DNA from: a virus
Length of the DNA: 64,000 bases
IMG/VR virus record: IMGVR_UViG_3300050343_000214
Location: 1 to 64,000 of that record
Reading direction: 5' to 3' (one strand)
A model generated the notes under the pieces. The model saw only the letters and a list, made by a program, of their open reading frames with translations, had not been told where the DNA came from and did no database searches. Numbering within the stretch: the first letter of the stretch is position 1; each line of letters starts with the position of its first letter. Of the stretch, positions 44,801 to 55,698 are shown piece after piece. Made by a program: the position numbers and the translations under genes.

Positions 44801-45794
44801 TTTCCAAATAATAGACAGCGATAGCTCTTTTGACGTTGGTTATAGTAGCGGCGCTAGTGGTGGATCTAATGCCTTCATTACTGATTTGGCGATATCTGCT
44901 CCAAACCTATATACCGACCCAATGATGTTGTCAATGAATGTTTCTGATTTCTTAGATTCAATTCATACTAAGTATTGGGATGATGGAGAGGCTGCTGCTA
45001 ATGACACTAGAGAAATAAGCAGATTCATTGATAAAAATACAGACGAGTGGCACTTAGGAGGATTTTCAGTCTGTGCTTTTGATAAATCTTTCGATAGATT
45101 TACAGAGCGCTTTGGTAAAGATTTTATTACTCACAGGGTTAAGAATGACGGTCAGGCTTACAGCACTCACGTAGATTCTAGCATATCTTCTGACGTAGAT
45201 AGCGACACATCGTATCACACTCAAATAGAAAATGATTTCCTTAGAGTTAATCTAAAAAGCACAGAAGATTCGTTTAGCGATGAAGATGTCTTTTATTCAT
45301 TAGCTCCCAGAATTACCAAGCAGCTGCCTAGAGGTTATAAGTTTTTTAAAGACTCAGTATCGGTAGACACTATAATAGAGCATATTACATATGATGATAT
45401 AGTATGGAATGATGATAGCATAGGACCAAAACTAATTGTTAGTTTATATACGACGAATAAGGACAATACATTGAGATCTGAAAATAATATTGGATTAATA
45501 AACAGGTCAGTGCATTATATTCCACCTTCCTCGTGTATCCACAAGATAACCAGCGACTTTGCGTTTGAAGACTTAATTAATACTGATAGCGAGGCTTGGT
45601 GTGATTTCGATCAGTCCTTAAACAAGACTGAGTTCACACATAAGTTTTTCGCAGAGGACATGCAAGAAATGTTTTTGCAGTACGATATAGCTTATCCTTC
45701 TGGAGTAGCTTATGACTCTACTGTTAATATTTATGGCTCTAGAGTAAAGTTTGAAGAACCTTTCCACAAGGCTAGGACTATAACTAATTTATAG
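41859..45794 (+). CDS. Large tail-tip protein with LamG/ConA-like domain (1311 aa)
   Basis: Follows the tape measure gene. GYISF...AFVRFSP...LFSKY...EFSLGY..GYL LamG-like segment. Basic N-terminal ~110 aa. Confidence 0.55.
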   Translation: MTNFSFNCVFQDHSLIRNKSSASVRATTKCVNAARTKLVSSASVRTIAGKKVPVSARIKKSLKLNAALQTQVVAVSSKISIKSNVRSSLVNTSGLSVGCRISCQSSFKNTYVDKIGGDLSQINAIQGFTGNQKLYPKSDITISVNNNTFVDQFGSTSNLFDKINDGIFTGNYQENFNSSSRMVDSTTFIEPSSILTDGTFKYVCEVDAPTTTPKQSFLFVRAAAPMRNYASSMPPSYKLYNVSFLDPNGDTIVQYDDILIRGDSNYNDNKDDNFVTYISGPLVNNIEKPEWHTGYPLFGQTSGYKLSFDLDIICSDIGFSDKFNQGYLTESCVLPSSIHSGNDHLAIDGSPLSTSSQGFINPTDNVRISAIEIVNSGTPFGFSVANAVNAFVKTDEKGLRIDREILPSEIQLSTFDTTIHPQSFSIWESDDASLDNTSSSGCQEITKILRKNNDENYINLSSSTVADSGKLIVKFSHEPPLPTNRFVAGAFDINFMQPEKEFDYAEYKKVHASDSMFVVDEVFLKVIAKKGASAPDYTLDVVGYSFDHLLFNTPKVGGFLQNTEGAGTIPSAIQTVGVNDLGVATEPLSNKQGFALKPLTPSDGGDHYIVATAPVVNSTTFEEYIVPLKVYRQGDVGIHPNYNVSTFFENLFLDICPLPVDATIASVRLLVKHKPSNAMTLYTLGHKDSVDLGREDTFMSPSEKKSVDTPTSFGNYNHPLSTIENIPAGYSSDDSMKSNYSRRWRGVDGLVAVGPFDFSEFGFGFYNPQLKAPFLGGYFSFNNDSGNDIISDDLYELPGITGEYIGNYNKLQNTGLRFKNDQLFTGSTSHTTIDWTSITANQADPLSGQIADAFDNTVRVSGVNGYISFDDFDVTSGVIAFVRFSPDENMSFNSSVLFSKYNSGKDLEFSLGYNNGYLTAQATDDQGNLITIQDSLLYTNYSYPLSVVLAYNNTSDGVMTLYTDNEIDSTGFNRLRATSSTFQIIDSDSSFDVGYSSGASGGSNAFITDLAISAPNLYTDPMMLSMNVSDFLDSIHTKYWDDGEAAANDTREISRFIDKNTDEWHLGGFSVCAFDKSFDRFTERFGKDFITHRVKNDGQAYSTHVDSSISSDVDSDTSYHTQIENDFLRVNLKSTEDSFSDEDVFYSLAPRITKQLPRGYKFFKDSVSVDTIIEHITYDDIVWNDDSIGPKLIVSLYTTNKDNTLRSENNIGLINRSVHYIPPSSCIHKITSDFAFEDLINTDSEAWCDFDQSLNKTEFTHKFFAEDMQEMFLQYDIAYPSGVAYDSTVNIYGSRVKFEEPFHKARTITNL

Positions 45795-45802
45795 AGGATA
45801 TT

Positions 45803-48800
45803 ATGTCTGGATTTAATTTATATATTGAAGGTGAAAAAATACAATATGGTTCAATGCCTATCTACGTGGGAGGTCAAGAATCTTCTCATAGTAGCCTAAA
45901 TCTATTTCATCAAAGCATAATTAAGTATCCTACCTCTGGAGAGTTAAATCTTTTTTGCTCACAATTGACCTGCACTCAGGTGGGAAATGATCTTGTCTGC
46001 CCTATTGAAGACAGTTTTATTCTGCACACCCTAAGAACTGAATCTCTAATAGACGGTGGTTCTTCTGAGGACGATTTAGAATTTTCTCTTTATGTTCGTG
46101 GCAGACAACGCTTCTTTGGAGAGCCTACCACTGGCGGTGGCTCTAGCGGTTCTGATAGTTCTACTCAGCGTGGCGATGTCAATACAATGCCCCTGTATCT
46201 TGAAACTTCCAACGGTTTAGATAATGGAACTTTAAATCTATATACATCTGGACTGAATTCTATACAGGACACCAACAACAATCTATCTCTTTTTACTTTT
46301 TCTGAAACTGTAGGATTACCAACTCAGACTAATGCGTCTGCCCCACTGCATGTGTTTGGATTTATTGATGAAAATGACGACAAAGCTATAATGCCATTGG
46401 TTCTTTTCGGCAAAACTATAAGCTCAACCTTAAATCAAGAAACAATTAATGCTAGTTTTTCACTATTCGTTTCTAAAAATTCTAACTTTACTTGGAACGC
46501 TTCTGCGTTTGGCGTTAGTACAGAGGTAGACGACGAGCCATTTATTAGTGTTGATCCTACTGACGCAATCCGTGGCGTTGAATTAATTTGTTATGGAGAT
46601 TGTATAACGGGCACTTGCGAAGAATTAGTTTTACGATCCCATGATACTGATTGGTTTTCTGTAGATTGTTTAGACGGTGGCATATTCAGAGCTGAGAATA
46701 CATACACAGATTTAAATAATAATGCGTTTGGATCTAGCGTTCCTTATAGTGGTCATTTTTACGGAGCGAGAAAGTTTACTGGATTGGAGCCTTTCACTCC
46801 TTATTCTGTTAACATCAAGGGTTCGTCAGGTTCTAGCGTTAGAATACCAGCACCTAAAGAGTTAAATAATTGGGAATTTACATCCAACAGAGAAGATGGA
46901 GATAATGATTCTTTACCATTATTCTCTGGACTTAAACTTATAGGGGATGCACCATACGCATCTGGCGGCAGAAACCAAGGCGATAAGTATGGCAGCTCTG
47001 TTTCTATGACTCAAGATCTTTTAGCCGTTGGCTCTCCAAACTTTGATATAGATGAATGTTGCTGGTGTCTTAGAAGATGATAACGATATAACTCTGAATA
47101 ATGCTGGTACTGTATTCTTATATAGGAGAGGGCGCAGAGCCAGTGTCTGACGCCGAAATTGTATCTGACAAGGCTGGCTGGGATTTAGAAGCGCAATTAT
47201 TCTTGCCTTCAGGTATACTAAGAGATTATTATAAAGAGACGATCCTTCCGCTTGCTGGTACAGATGCTACTGTAACAGAAAGAAAGTGGTATCTTGGTCA
47301 AGAAGGTAGGAACTTTGGTCAAAGCTTGGCGACTTGTATAATTGATCAAGTGGATTTAGCCTCTGGTGAGAAAGCCTCTGTTCGAGGATGATAAACAATT
47401 GAGTTGTTGTTGGCGCGCCTAACGCAAGTTGGACAAGAACATTTGCTGCTCCAGCGCAAGCTGAACACGATATCTTATTAATGGTATTTACGGATGAATT
47501 TTCTCCAAGTGTTGGCAGGCAAACTTACAATGATATTCTAAATGACATCAAGCAAAATAACTTGTTGTACAAATATTATTCTAAACCAGCCATTGATATA
47601 ACTATTAAAGTTATAATATTCCAACCTATGGATTTTACTTTGCAACCAGACATAGATTTTCCAGAACCCACACCTACATTTATCTTGAAGAAGTCTATAC
47701 TCTAGACACACTAACGATGTTAATGGAACTTCTGAATTTCAGAACCGAGACGATAATATATTGCAGCAGATAAAAGACGCTTACTTTGAAATGTATCCTA
47801 CTCAGCGATCCCAAGCAACCCTCTATACTTGGAGTCTATGTAGATGATAGTAGATCTCTAGGCACTACAGCTATGGAGCCTGCTCTCTCTAGATTCAAGT
47901 CTTTCTACCAAGACAGAGTATTTAACAATGGATTGCAAGATGTTTTCAATACGCCCTTCTTCTGGAGCCGTGCTTGAGACTGTTACCGACGACGAAAACT
48001 GGATTCAACAGAGTAGGTCTTTGCTTGACTTTACATTAGATAGCGGTAGATTGATCACGAAAGAGTTTTTGAGTTTACTAACTGACCCAGAAGAGTTTGG
48101 CTCCTTCAATACCGACTCTAGAAGAGTTCAACGAAGCCCCTGCTAGCGGTGGAACCGTTTACGTTTTTGAAAAAGAAAGCGGCGCATGGAATCTTATACA
48201 AGAGCTAGCATCTCCTACCACAGAAATTGATGTAGACGTAGACAGGTTTGGAAAAGCTGTAGAGATAAGTAAAAATGGTGAGGTCATAATAGTAGGTTCT
48301 CCTTACATGGATGAAGCTCTCACTGTTTACGAGTACGATTACGACGAAAAAGAACGTCTTTATAGCAATGTTGAAAAATGGGTAGATTATCATATAGCTG
48401 AGTCTACAGATCAAAATGTATATCCTAATCTTAAATTTAATATTGATGAGCTTAGGAAAATATTTGATGACGATGAAGATGTTTTTAGATCTATTTATGC
48501 TGTATTGAATCCAGATCAAAAATATAGATACCGTACAGACGCTGCTTATTGGGGAGCGCAAGGTGTCATAGAAGAATACAAAAAAATATATGAATACAAA
48601 TATAGTGACATTGAATACAAGGGCAGTTATACAAAGTTGTTAGAAAGATTTGCTCCTACTTCCCGAATGGGATACAGCGTAGCTGTCAATGCTTCTGGAA
48701 CTTCTCTTGCTATTGGTTGTCCTACTGACAGTCTTGATCAATCTGATGATTCTAACTTATACTATCATCCTACTAATTCTGGTCAGATATTATGGCCCTC

Positions 48801-51800
48801 ACACACCAACGCTGGCTCTGTGCGCGTTTTTGATGCAAGAAAGTATTATCCTCATAGCAAAATTGTAGAATATGGAAAGTTTGGAAACAAAACTAAATCG
48901 TTTATAGACGAAGGCTCTGAAAGTCAATTTGCTCATTACTCTGGAGTGTATGATGGTATAGACAAGACTTTCCACATTACTGACTTCAATGATTTTGACA
49001 TACCTGAAGACGCTGGTATTGTTTTTATAATCTGTCCAGAAGTTAATTTTGCTAACGATGCAGTCATTGGAAGACTACAAGCTTGGCTAGACTTGGGTGA
49101 TAGAAACTTAGTTCTAGTTGGAAACAATTCTACATTCGAGGAGAATTCAGCATTTTATGAATCCAACGAAATTGTAAATGATATTCTTGCTAAGTTGGAT
49201 TCTGCAATGACTCTTAAGCCAACCATAGGCATGAAGAGATCTCTACTTGGTGATAACGCTTGTCAGGATGTCCCCAATATACTGCCAGTTTCCCCGCCGG
49301 ATAATTCTATAGAATCTTATATAGATAATTCTAGCAACTTACATGCTAGAGGTGTGTCTCATATTGCAATGAAGACCCCCAACGTTCCTAACAAAAGCTC
49401 TTACTTTATTAATGTGAATCAGATTATGTATGAAAATTATACATGTGATTCTGACTACACTCAATATAATAATTATTGCTCCCCACCCTTGCAAGACGGT
49501 GCTGATCTTAGGTCTTCTTGGAGAACTAGTGCGGGAGTCAGGAATTGGCCTAATATCTTTGATGATGTTTTTGAAGGTAGCCGACAACCACCTGTTCCGC
49601 TATATACTTCAGCAGAAGTCAGAGAGCCGTTTACTTTAAACATACCAGAAGTTCCTGCTAGGTCCGGCATCTTCTTAGAGTTTGATTTAGTTCAATCAGA
49701 TGCCTCTCCAGCGTTTGGTGATATCATAGACAGTAACATCAAAGACTTTGCTTGGTCTAGCACTGAAACTGATTATACATATCTTAATACTAATTATGGT
49801 AATAATACTAATCCAAACAGATTTTTTGATCCACAGTCAAAAGTTTTTACTGACCCATTAATACAGTCTGAGGGTTCTAACGGCGTAGAAAACATTAAGA
49901 CTGAAGCGGAAGTTTCAGACAAGGCTTATTTCTCAGCTGAAGAAAGACTTCCCAACAATTTCTCTAAAGTCTATTTAATATCTTCATTGAGGACAGAGCT
50001 TTTAGATAAACTTTATTCTGGAGGAGATAGGAATATCAATTTCTATTTTAATATTGCTGCCAAAAATAGGTTTGGTGGATCACACATAGCGCAGCTCAAC
50101 GCTTTCTCTGGAAGGTCAAATTTCACAGATGCTATTTCAGGCTCTGCGCTAGAGCTAGTGTTTACAAATAATGGTAATACCGTAGATACTAATGTTAATA
50201 TATCACAGCTTGTCAATGGCAATTCTCAAGGTAAGACATATGATGTGTGTTGGGTAGCAAATCCTCTTAACAGCCCTTCTGATTCCGAAGTACGTGAAAT
50301 TAAATTGTGGATGAGTAATGGCAAGAAAAAACTTGTTGTTACTTATGACAACCCCGAATCTGCTCAAGCTGCTAAGGATTTATGCGAGGCTCTAGAATTG
50401 TCAATGGCCCCCTTGTATTTACCCCAAAGAAAAAAGTTTGCTAATAACAAAAACGATACACCTAAGAGCAGTAGGTTTTATTCTTTCAATAACTCCTCTA
50501 GATTTGTTGGTATTAACGATAATAATAGAGCAATTAGATTTGGATTCGACGCAGAAAGAGATAGCATATCGACGCTAACTTTAGATATATCTAGAGATAC
50601 TTTTATACCTATATCTTTGGGTAGAGCTACCGCCATAGCGCAGGTTAATCATGGGATAAGTGATGATAAATACATAGATGTGGGTTTCAGCTTCATGAAA
50701 ACTGGAATCTGTAAAGTTGATTTTGCCGTTCAGCCAAATACCGCTTACAGGATTTCTTTTGAAACTATAGCATTTTCTAAACTAGAAACAGAGCCTTTAA
50801 ATGTATACATAACCAATTGCAATGGAACGCCCACCTTTGAATCCGCTGATACGCCTCCCACGCAGGATATTATAAACTGGGACAATGACAATAATAATGT
50901 TTCTGTATTCACAGCGCCAGTTGGTATTATTGGTTCTTTGGGTAGTCATACTTCTTTTAGAAAAATTCACGAATTCAATATTAAGACTTTGAGTAATGTA
51001 GATAGCATTTCTGTATTTATAGAGGGTAACAATCCTAGAACTAGCAACACATCAATTCTTCCCAGCACTCTGGCCTTGAATAGTATATCTGGTCATGAAA
51101 TTTCGATAGAAGAACGTCCAGTATTCAAGAAGGTAGCTAGATATGAGACTAGACTTATCAGACCGGCAGAGCCAGCTAGAACAACCACTGTTACATTTGA
51201 TGAACCTATTCCGTTTACGTCTGATAGTTCTAATAATTGTCCTACTGCTGACTGCTCTGATGTGTTTAAAAATACTGAGATAGAAGATGGCGCCGTAGTA
51301 GTGGCTCAGGAAATTTATTATGCTGGTGATCATAGCAAGGGTATAAATAGATCTAGGATAACTGTCATTGCTGACGCAGACATGATTCAAGGTAATTGTA
51401 TATTTGATGACGATGGTTCTATTAAGCCTGAACATAAAGACTTCCTGCAAAGCCTGTATCCAGACACTATATTCCCAACCAATCTAAATGCAAGAATTTT
51501 TGATGTCAATAAAAAAATCATATCAGACGAACGAGGCAGTCCTGCTAGGTACTATCACGGTTTTGGTAAAGATGGTTTAATTGGTCGTTTCATTCCAGAG
51601 CAAGGAACTCCTTCTTCTGGATTATTGATGCAAGACTTTAGAGATGTCTCTGATACCGCTATCGAGCGACCAGTATTAGATGATACAAATCAAACTTCTG
51701 TATTCTCAGCTTTCATAGATAGCCAATCTCACTTCGGTGTTAATTCTAAATTTTCTCAAAATTTCAGTGGCGTATCTTACTCCGATGCTAATGTTTTAGG

Positions 51801-53286
51801 TGGACTGCCTGACGTTTTAAGAGACCACAATGTAGACTTTTTAGATTTTAGAGCATTTCCTTCAGGCTATCCGGGCGATTTATTTGGATTTGATATAGCC
51901 TATTATAACGGTCACTTGGTAATTGGTTCTCCTTATGCTGCATATGAGCGAACATACATTACTCCTTGGTCTGAAGTTTCTGGTAACACCCCTCAGTTTT
52001 CTCATCCTAGCGGAATAGTTGTTAGTAATTATGGTGGCGCTGGTTCTGTATATGTTTATAATCAGTCTAGCAATGGCGATTGGGATTTAAAACAAAAATT
52101 AAGGCCAGATGGTATTAATGTGGGTCAAGATCTTAGCACTCAAGCAGAGTCTATCCTGACGGCAGCTTTAGGTGCTAACAATTACGATTTAGATTTCCTT
52201 CTTGAGTATTCTCCTATTACTGACAAATTTGGATACTCCGTAGATATTCACGGTGACGTTATAGCCGTTGGCGCTCCGGGTCATGATTATCCAGTTGAAG
52301 TGGACGTAACGGTTCAAGGAGCTTTTGAAACAAGAAGTTTTAATTTTGAATTTGATATTGAAACTAGAATCAGTAAAGACTTGGGAGACGAAGAAGTTAG
52401 ATTGGTTTTAGGTGTCGCCAGCGGCGTGCTGAATAACGGAGCTATATTTACTTTTGAGAACAGGTTTGGGGACAAGATATCTGGTTTCAGGAATTGGGAA
52501 TTTGTAGAAAAATTAATGCCTCAAGGTTACAACTCTAGAGTGCAAGAACAAGTGGCTGCCTCTGGTACAGAAAATGAAAACTTTGGCGAATCTCTTGCTA
52601 TATACAGACCAAAAAGAAGAGACGCTGATTATACTGTAGCTATTGGCACTCCTTATCACAAGTTTGCGACTAGTGGAAATCATATTTCGCCAGAGCCTCT
52701 AGAAGATGCTGGAGCAGTCACCACCTTTGATGCTATGCTGAGAACTAATAATGCATTTAGTGCGGCTTCTGGGTCTGGCGCTTTTATAGATGCTTTTGTG
52801 TACGGGATAGCTAGAAACCAATACAGCGTAAATCTATACATAGACAATACTGATTTAGATAGAGACTACTATGCTAACGGCGTAGTATATGCTAATAATG
52901 AAGGAGAAATATTTATAGAAGCTTCTGGTCAAGATCTTAACGCAAATGGCTTCACAGTGCATAGACCTTACATTCAATCAGTTTTAGGTGGAATTTCTCG
53001 TCCAACCTCGTCTTCTATTAATGATAATTTCTCGCTATACACCTCCGCTATTACTGACTCAACTCGGGCAGAAATGCCACTATATTGCTTACCCTCAAAT
53101 AAAGCAAATGTGTATAATAGTGTGGGAATGTTTGTAGATTCTATCGACTTGGCTGGCTCTAACATTATGCCACTATTTGTAACTGCGGGATCAGGAACTC
53201 CTATATCTGACGATGATTTTAACTTGTTTGTTAGCGGCGTTGGTAATCCTGACGACAACATTCACCTTATTACTTTTGGATTTTAA
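45803..53286 (+). CDS. Very large tail-associated protein (~2490 aa; indels 47050-48120) with FG-GAP repeats
   Basis: D.[FY]G.SV....D..AVG[SA]P and AG.V..[FY] motifs run through fragments 45803, 47101, 47481, 47786, 47928 and 48097. [LM]xL[FY]xxG repeats at both termini. Confidence 0.6.
53110..53125 (+). promoter_or_regulatory. Putative intragenic late promoter upstream of 53289
   Basis: GTGTATAATAGTGTGG, about 180 bp upstream of the next start. Confidence 0.5.
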
Positions 53287-53288
53287 TT

Positions 53289-54866
53289 ATGTCAACACTA
53301 GTCACAGTTACCTCTACTTCACCCACAACTCCCGCTTATAGAATTAAAGATGTGTCTGGCGTCCTAAAGTATCTTGAGCCAGAACCTTTAATATCTTTTT
53401 CCAGTTCTCCTGTGCAGCAGGGAAGCCATTCGTTGGGGTATGAACACAATGTTACTTTGACTTGCTATGCTCACACAACTGGAAATGCTACTGAAAGAGC
53501 TAATACGCTTCTAAATAATATAGCTTCTTTAGATAATTTTTTCACTACAGAAGCAAAAGAATTTCAAATCATGGGCGCTGCCAATGCAACCCATCCAGCT
53601 TACACTTGGAACATCTTGAACCCTACTGTTTCTACAGAGGAGTCCAATTTCTACAATTTAGTTAAGTATACTATTAATTTTACTGGCTACACACCAGAGA
53701 GCGGTGGCTCAGTATCTGGAACAATCAGTCATAAAGATGATGACCAAGTAATTGATACCAACTTTACTAGCATTCCATTGGCATCTTTTTCTGACACTTT
53801 CGATTACCAACCAGACGATTCTCTAGGTTATGCTTTCGATGATCCTACTGCAAAGCCTTATAGGTTTACTAGAACTGTCTCGGCTACCGCCAGACCAGTA
53901 AGCAACGCTTCCCTCCATCGAGATAGCGTTTTTCAAGCCAGCGCTGTTAGCGGAGCAAAAACTTTTGTGGAGGCTAGATTGGCTTATGACGGCACAGACA
54001 TCGGTGCGCACCAAGTATCTGACACGTTTAGGTATGGTGAAGGAATTAGTCTGTTTAATCTACAAAGGTCTGTTAATATTGATATGGCTAATTTGTCATA
54101 CAGCGTTACTATTAATGGTATTTATGCAAGTGGTAGTGCGGGATCAGTTACAGAGCAAGGAGCTTTTGAAACATACAGCACAACAGTATCTAAAGAGGCA
54201 AACACTCCTATTGTTAGCGTAACTGTAGATGGGAAGTTGATGGGCTATCAAGCTAACACTCAAAATACTAATCTAAACACAGTTAATGCTGGTGCAACTG
54301 CTGGAGCTATGGCTAAATTATCTCATATATCAAATGGTAATTATGGTTATGGATCAATTATTTTTAGACGCGCACAGTTCGCCGCTGGAGTACCACTAAA
54401 TTCTAGCCCCAAGTCTGTAAGCATTGCTGACAGCACCATCGCTGATAATTCAATTAGTTATAATGTTAGTTACGACAATAGACCGTCTCCTATTATAAGC
54501 GGAGCAATAACAGAATCAGTTACCGTAAATGATAGTTATCCAACCGATGTGTACGCTTCTATTCAAGTTATGGGTAAGCGCAGCGGACCAGTGTTTCAGT
54601 ATATGAACACCACTACTCATTATGAAAGAGATGTTTCAATAGAACTACAAATGGATTTAAATAATATACCAAATACTTTAAATGGAGCTGCGTTAATGGG
54701 ATACAGCCCTTCTTTGGACAGCAATACTAGAGATGCAGTCAACGGCTTAATAAATAGCCTGTCTCCAGCTGGAAGTTGGGGCTATGTCATGCTAAAAAGT
54801 TGTAATGAAAGTTGGTCTCCAAAAGATGGAAGATACACGGCTAATATAGGATGGATCTATAAATGA
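53289..54866 (+). CDS. Tail protein, distal-tail-like (525 aa)
   Basis: Repeated beta units (YTINF, YSVTING, ISYNVSYD). Ends ESWSP..GRYT.NI.W.Y. Synteny. Confidence 0.5.
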   Translation: MSTLVTVTSTSPTTPAYRIKDVSGVLKYLEPEPLISFSSSPVQQGSHSLGYEHNVTLTCYAHTTGNATERANTLLNNIASLDNFFTTEAKEFQIMGAANATHPAYTWNILNPTVSTEESNFYNLVKYTINFTGYTPESGGSVSGTISHKDDDQVIDTNFTSIPLASFSDTFDYQPDDSLGYAFDDPTAKPYRFTRTVSATARPVSNASLHRDSVFQASAVSGAKTFVEARLAYDGTDIGAHQVSDTFRYGEGISLFNLQRSVNIDMANLSYSVTINGIYASGSAGSVTEQGAFETYSTTVSKEANTPIVSVTVDGKLMGYQANTQNTNLNTVNAGATAGAMAKLSHISNGNYGYGSIIFRRAQFAAGVPLNSSPKSVSIADSTIADNSISYNVSYDNRPSPIISGAITESVTVNDSYPTDVYASIQVMGKRSGPVFQYMNTTTHYERDVSIELQMDLNNIPNTLNGAALMGYSPSLDSNTRDAVNGLINSLSPAGSWGYVMLKSCNESWSPKDGRYTANIGWIYK

Positions 54867-55678
54867 GTACAACCACTGTTGACCCAGCTGTTGCTGTTTT
54901 AAAATACAATGCAGCGAGGTATCCAGAAGAATTTGATAGCGCCATAGAAGGTGTGTCATGGAATACTTACAATGAATTGTCTATGGCTGAGATAGACTTA
55001 GATTTTCTTTCTAATAAAACACAAGTCGCACAGAATAATTTAGAAGCCACAATACTCAATGATGGAACAAACACGTATTTTGATACTTTTTCTTCCGATT
55101 TTTCTTATGATAATGTTTTATATAGCGGAGTAAAGAGAGCCACAGGAACTCAAACTGGCGGGTTCGTAGAGGTTGATCAGTCAGAAGTAGAGTCTAAGTT
55201 TGAGCATAGGTTTATGCCTAATTATGATAGTGACAGCGACTTGACATATACAGGCGTCGATGACGATGGGAATACTCAGACTTTTAACTTTCGTGGAAAA
55301 TTTGGTGATCAGGCTTCTTTTGAGAGTAATCAATCTAATGCTTCTGGCGTCATTGAATTTAAAACATTTAAGTTTAAAGACGGAATTGTTGAAGCTGCCG
55401 TCAAAGAGGTAGATTTAGAACACATGGGGCTAAGTGGTATTGTTACAACAGACACTTTTACCAGCTTAGACAATGATGAGAGAAATCCTAACTTTACTAG
55501 TTTTGAGCCAGACGGGAGTAAGGCTGCTGGAGGTATTTTTTTTGAGCCAGATGGTAAGGGTGGTGGAGTAGACACTGGTGAACCAACTGACGATTTTACA
55601 GAGCCTGACGAGGCACAGGAAGAGGAAGAGGAAGATGATACCACTCCAACAGCTACCACCACATCTGCCCCAACTTAA
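54863..55678 (+). CDS. Acidic hypothetical virion protein with Thr-rich C-terminus
   Basis: ATGA overlap. Intact 271 aa ORF. Confidence 0.5.
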   Translation: MSTTTVDPAVAVLKYNAARYPEEFDSAIEGVSWNTYNELSMAEIDLDFLSNKTQVAQNNLEATILNDGTNTYFDTFSSDFSYDNVLYSGVKRATGTQTGGFVEVDQSEVESKFEHRFMPNYDSDSDLTYTGVDDDGNTQTFNFRGKFGDQASFESNQSNASGVIEFKTFKFKDGIVEAAVKEVDLEHMGLSGIVTTDTFTSLDNDERNPNFTSFEPDGSKAAGGIFFEPDGKGGGVDTGEPTDDFTEPDEAQEEEEEDDTTPTATTTSAPT

Positions 55679-55698
55679 TATTATAAAAGGACTGTCAA

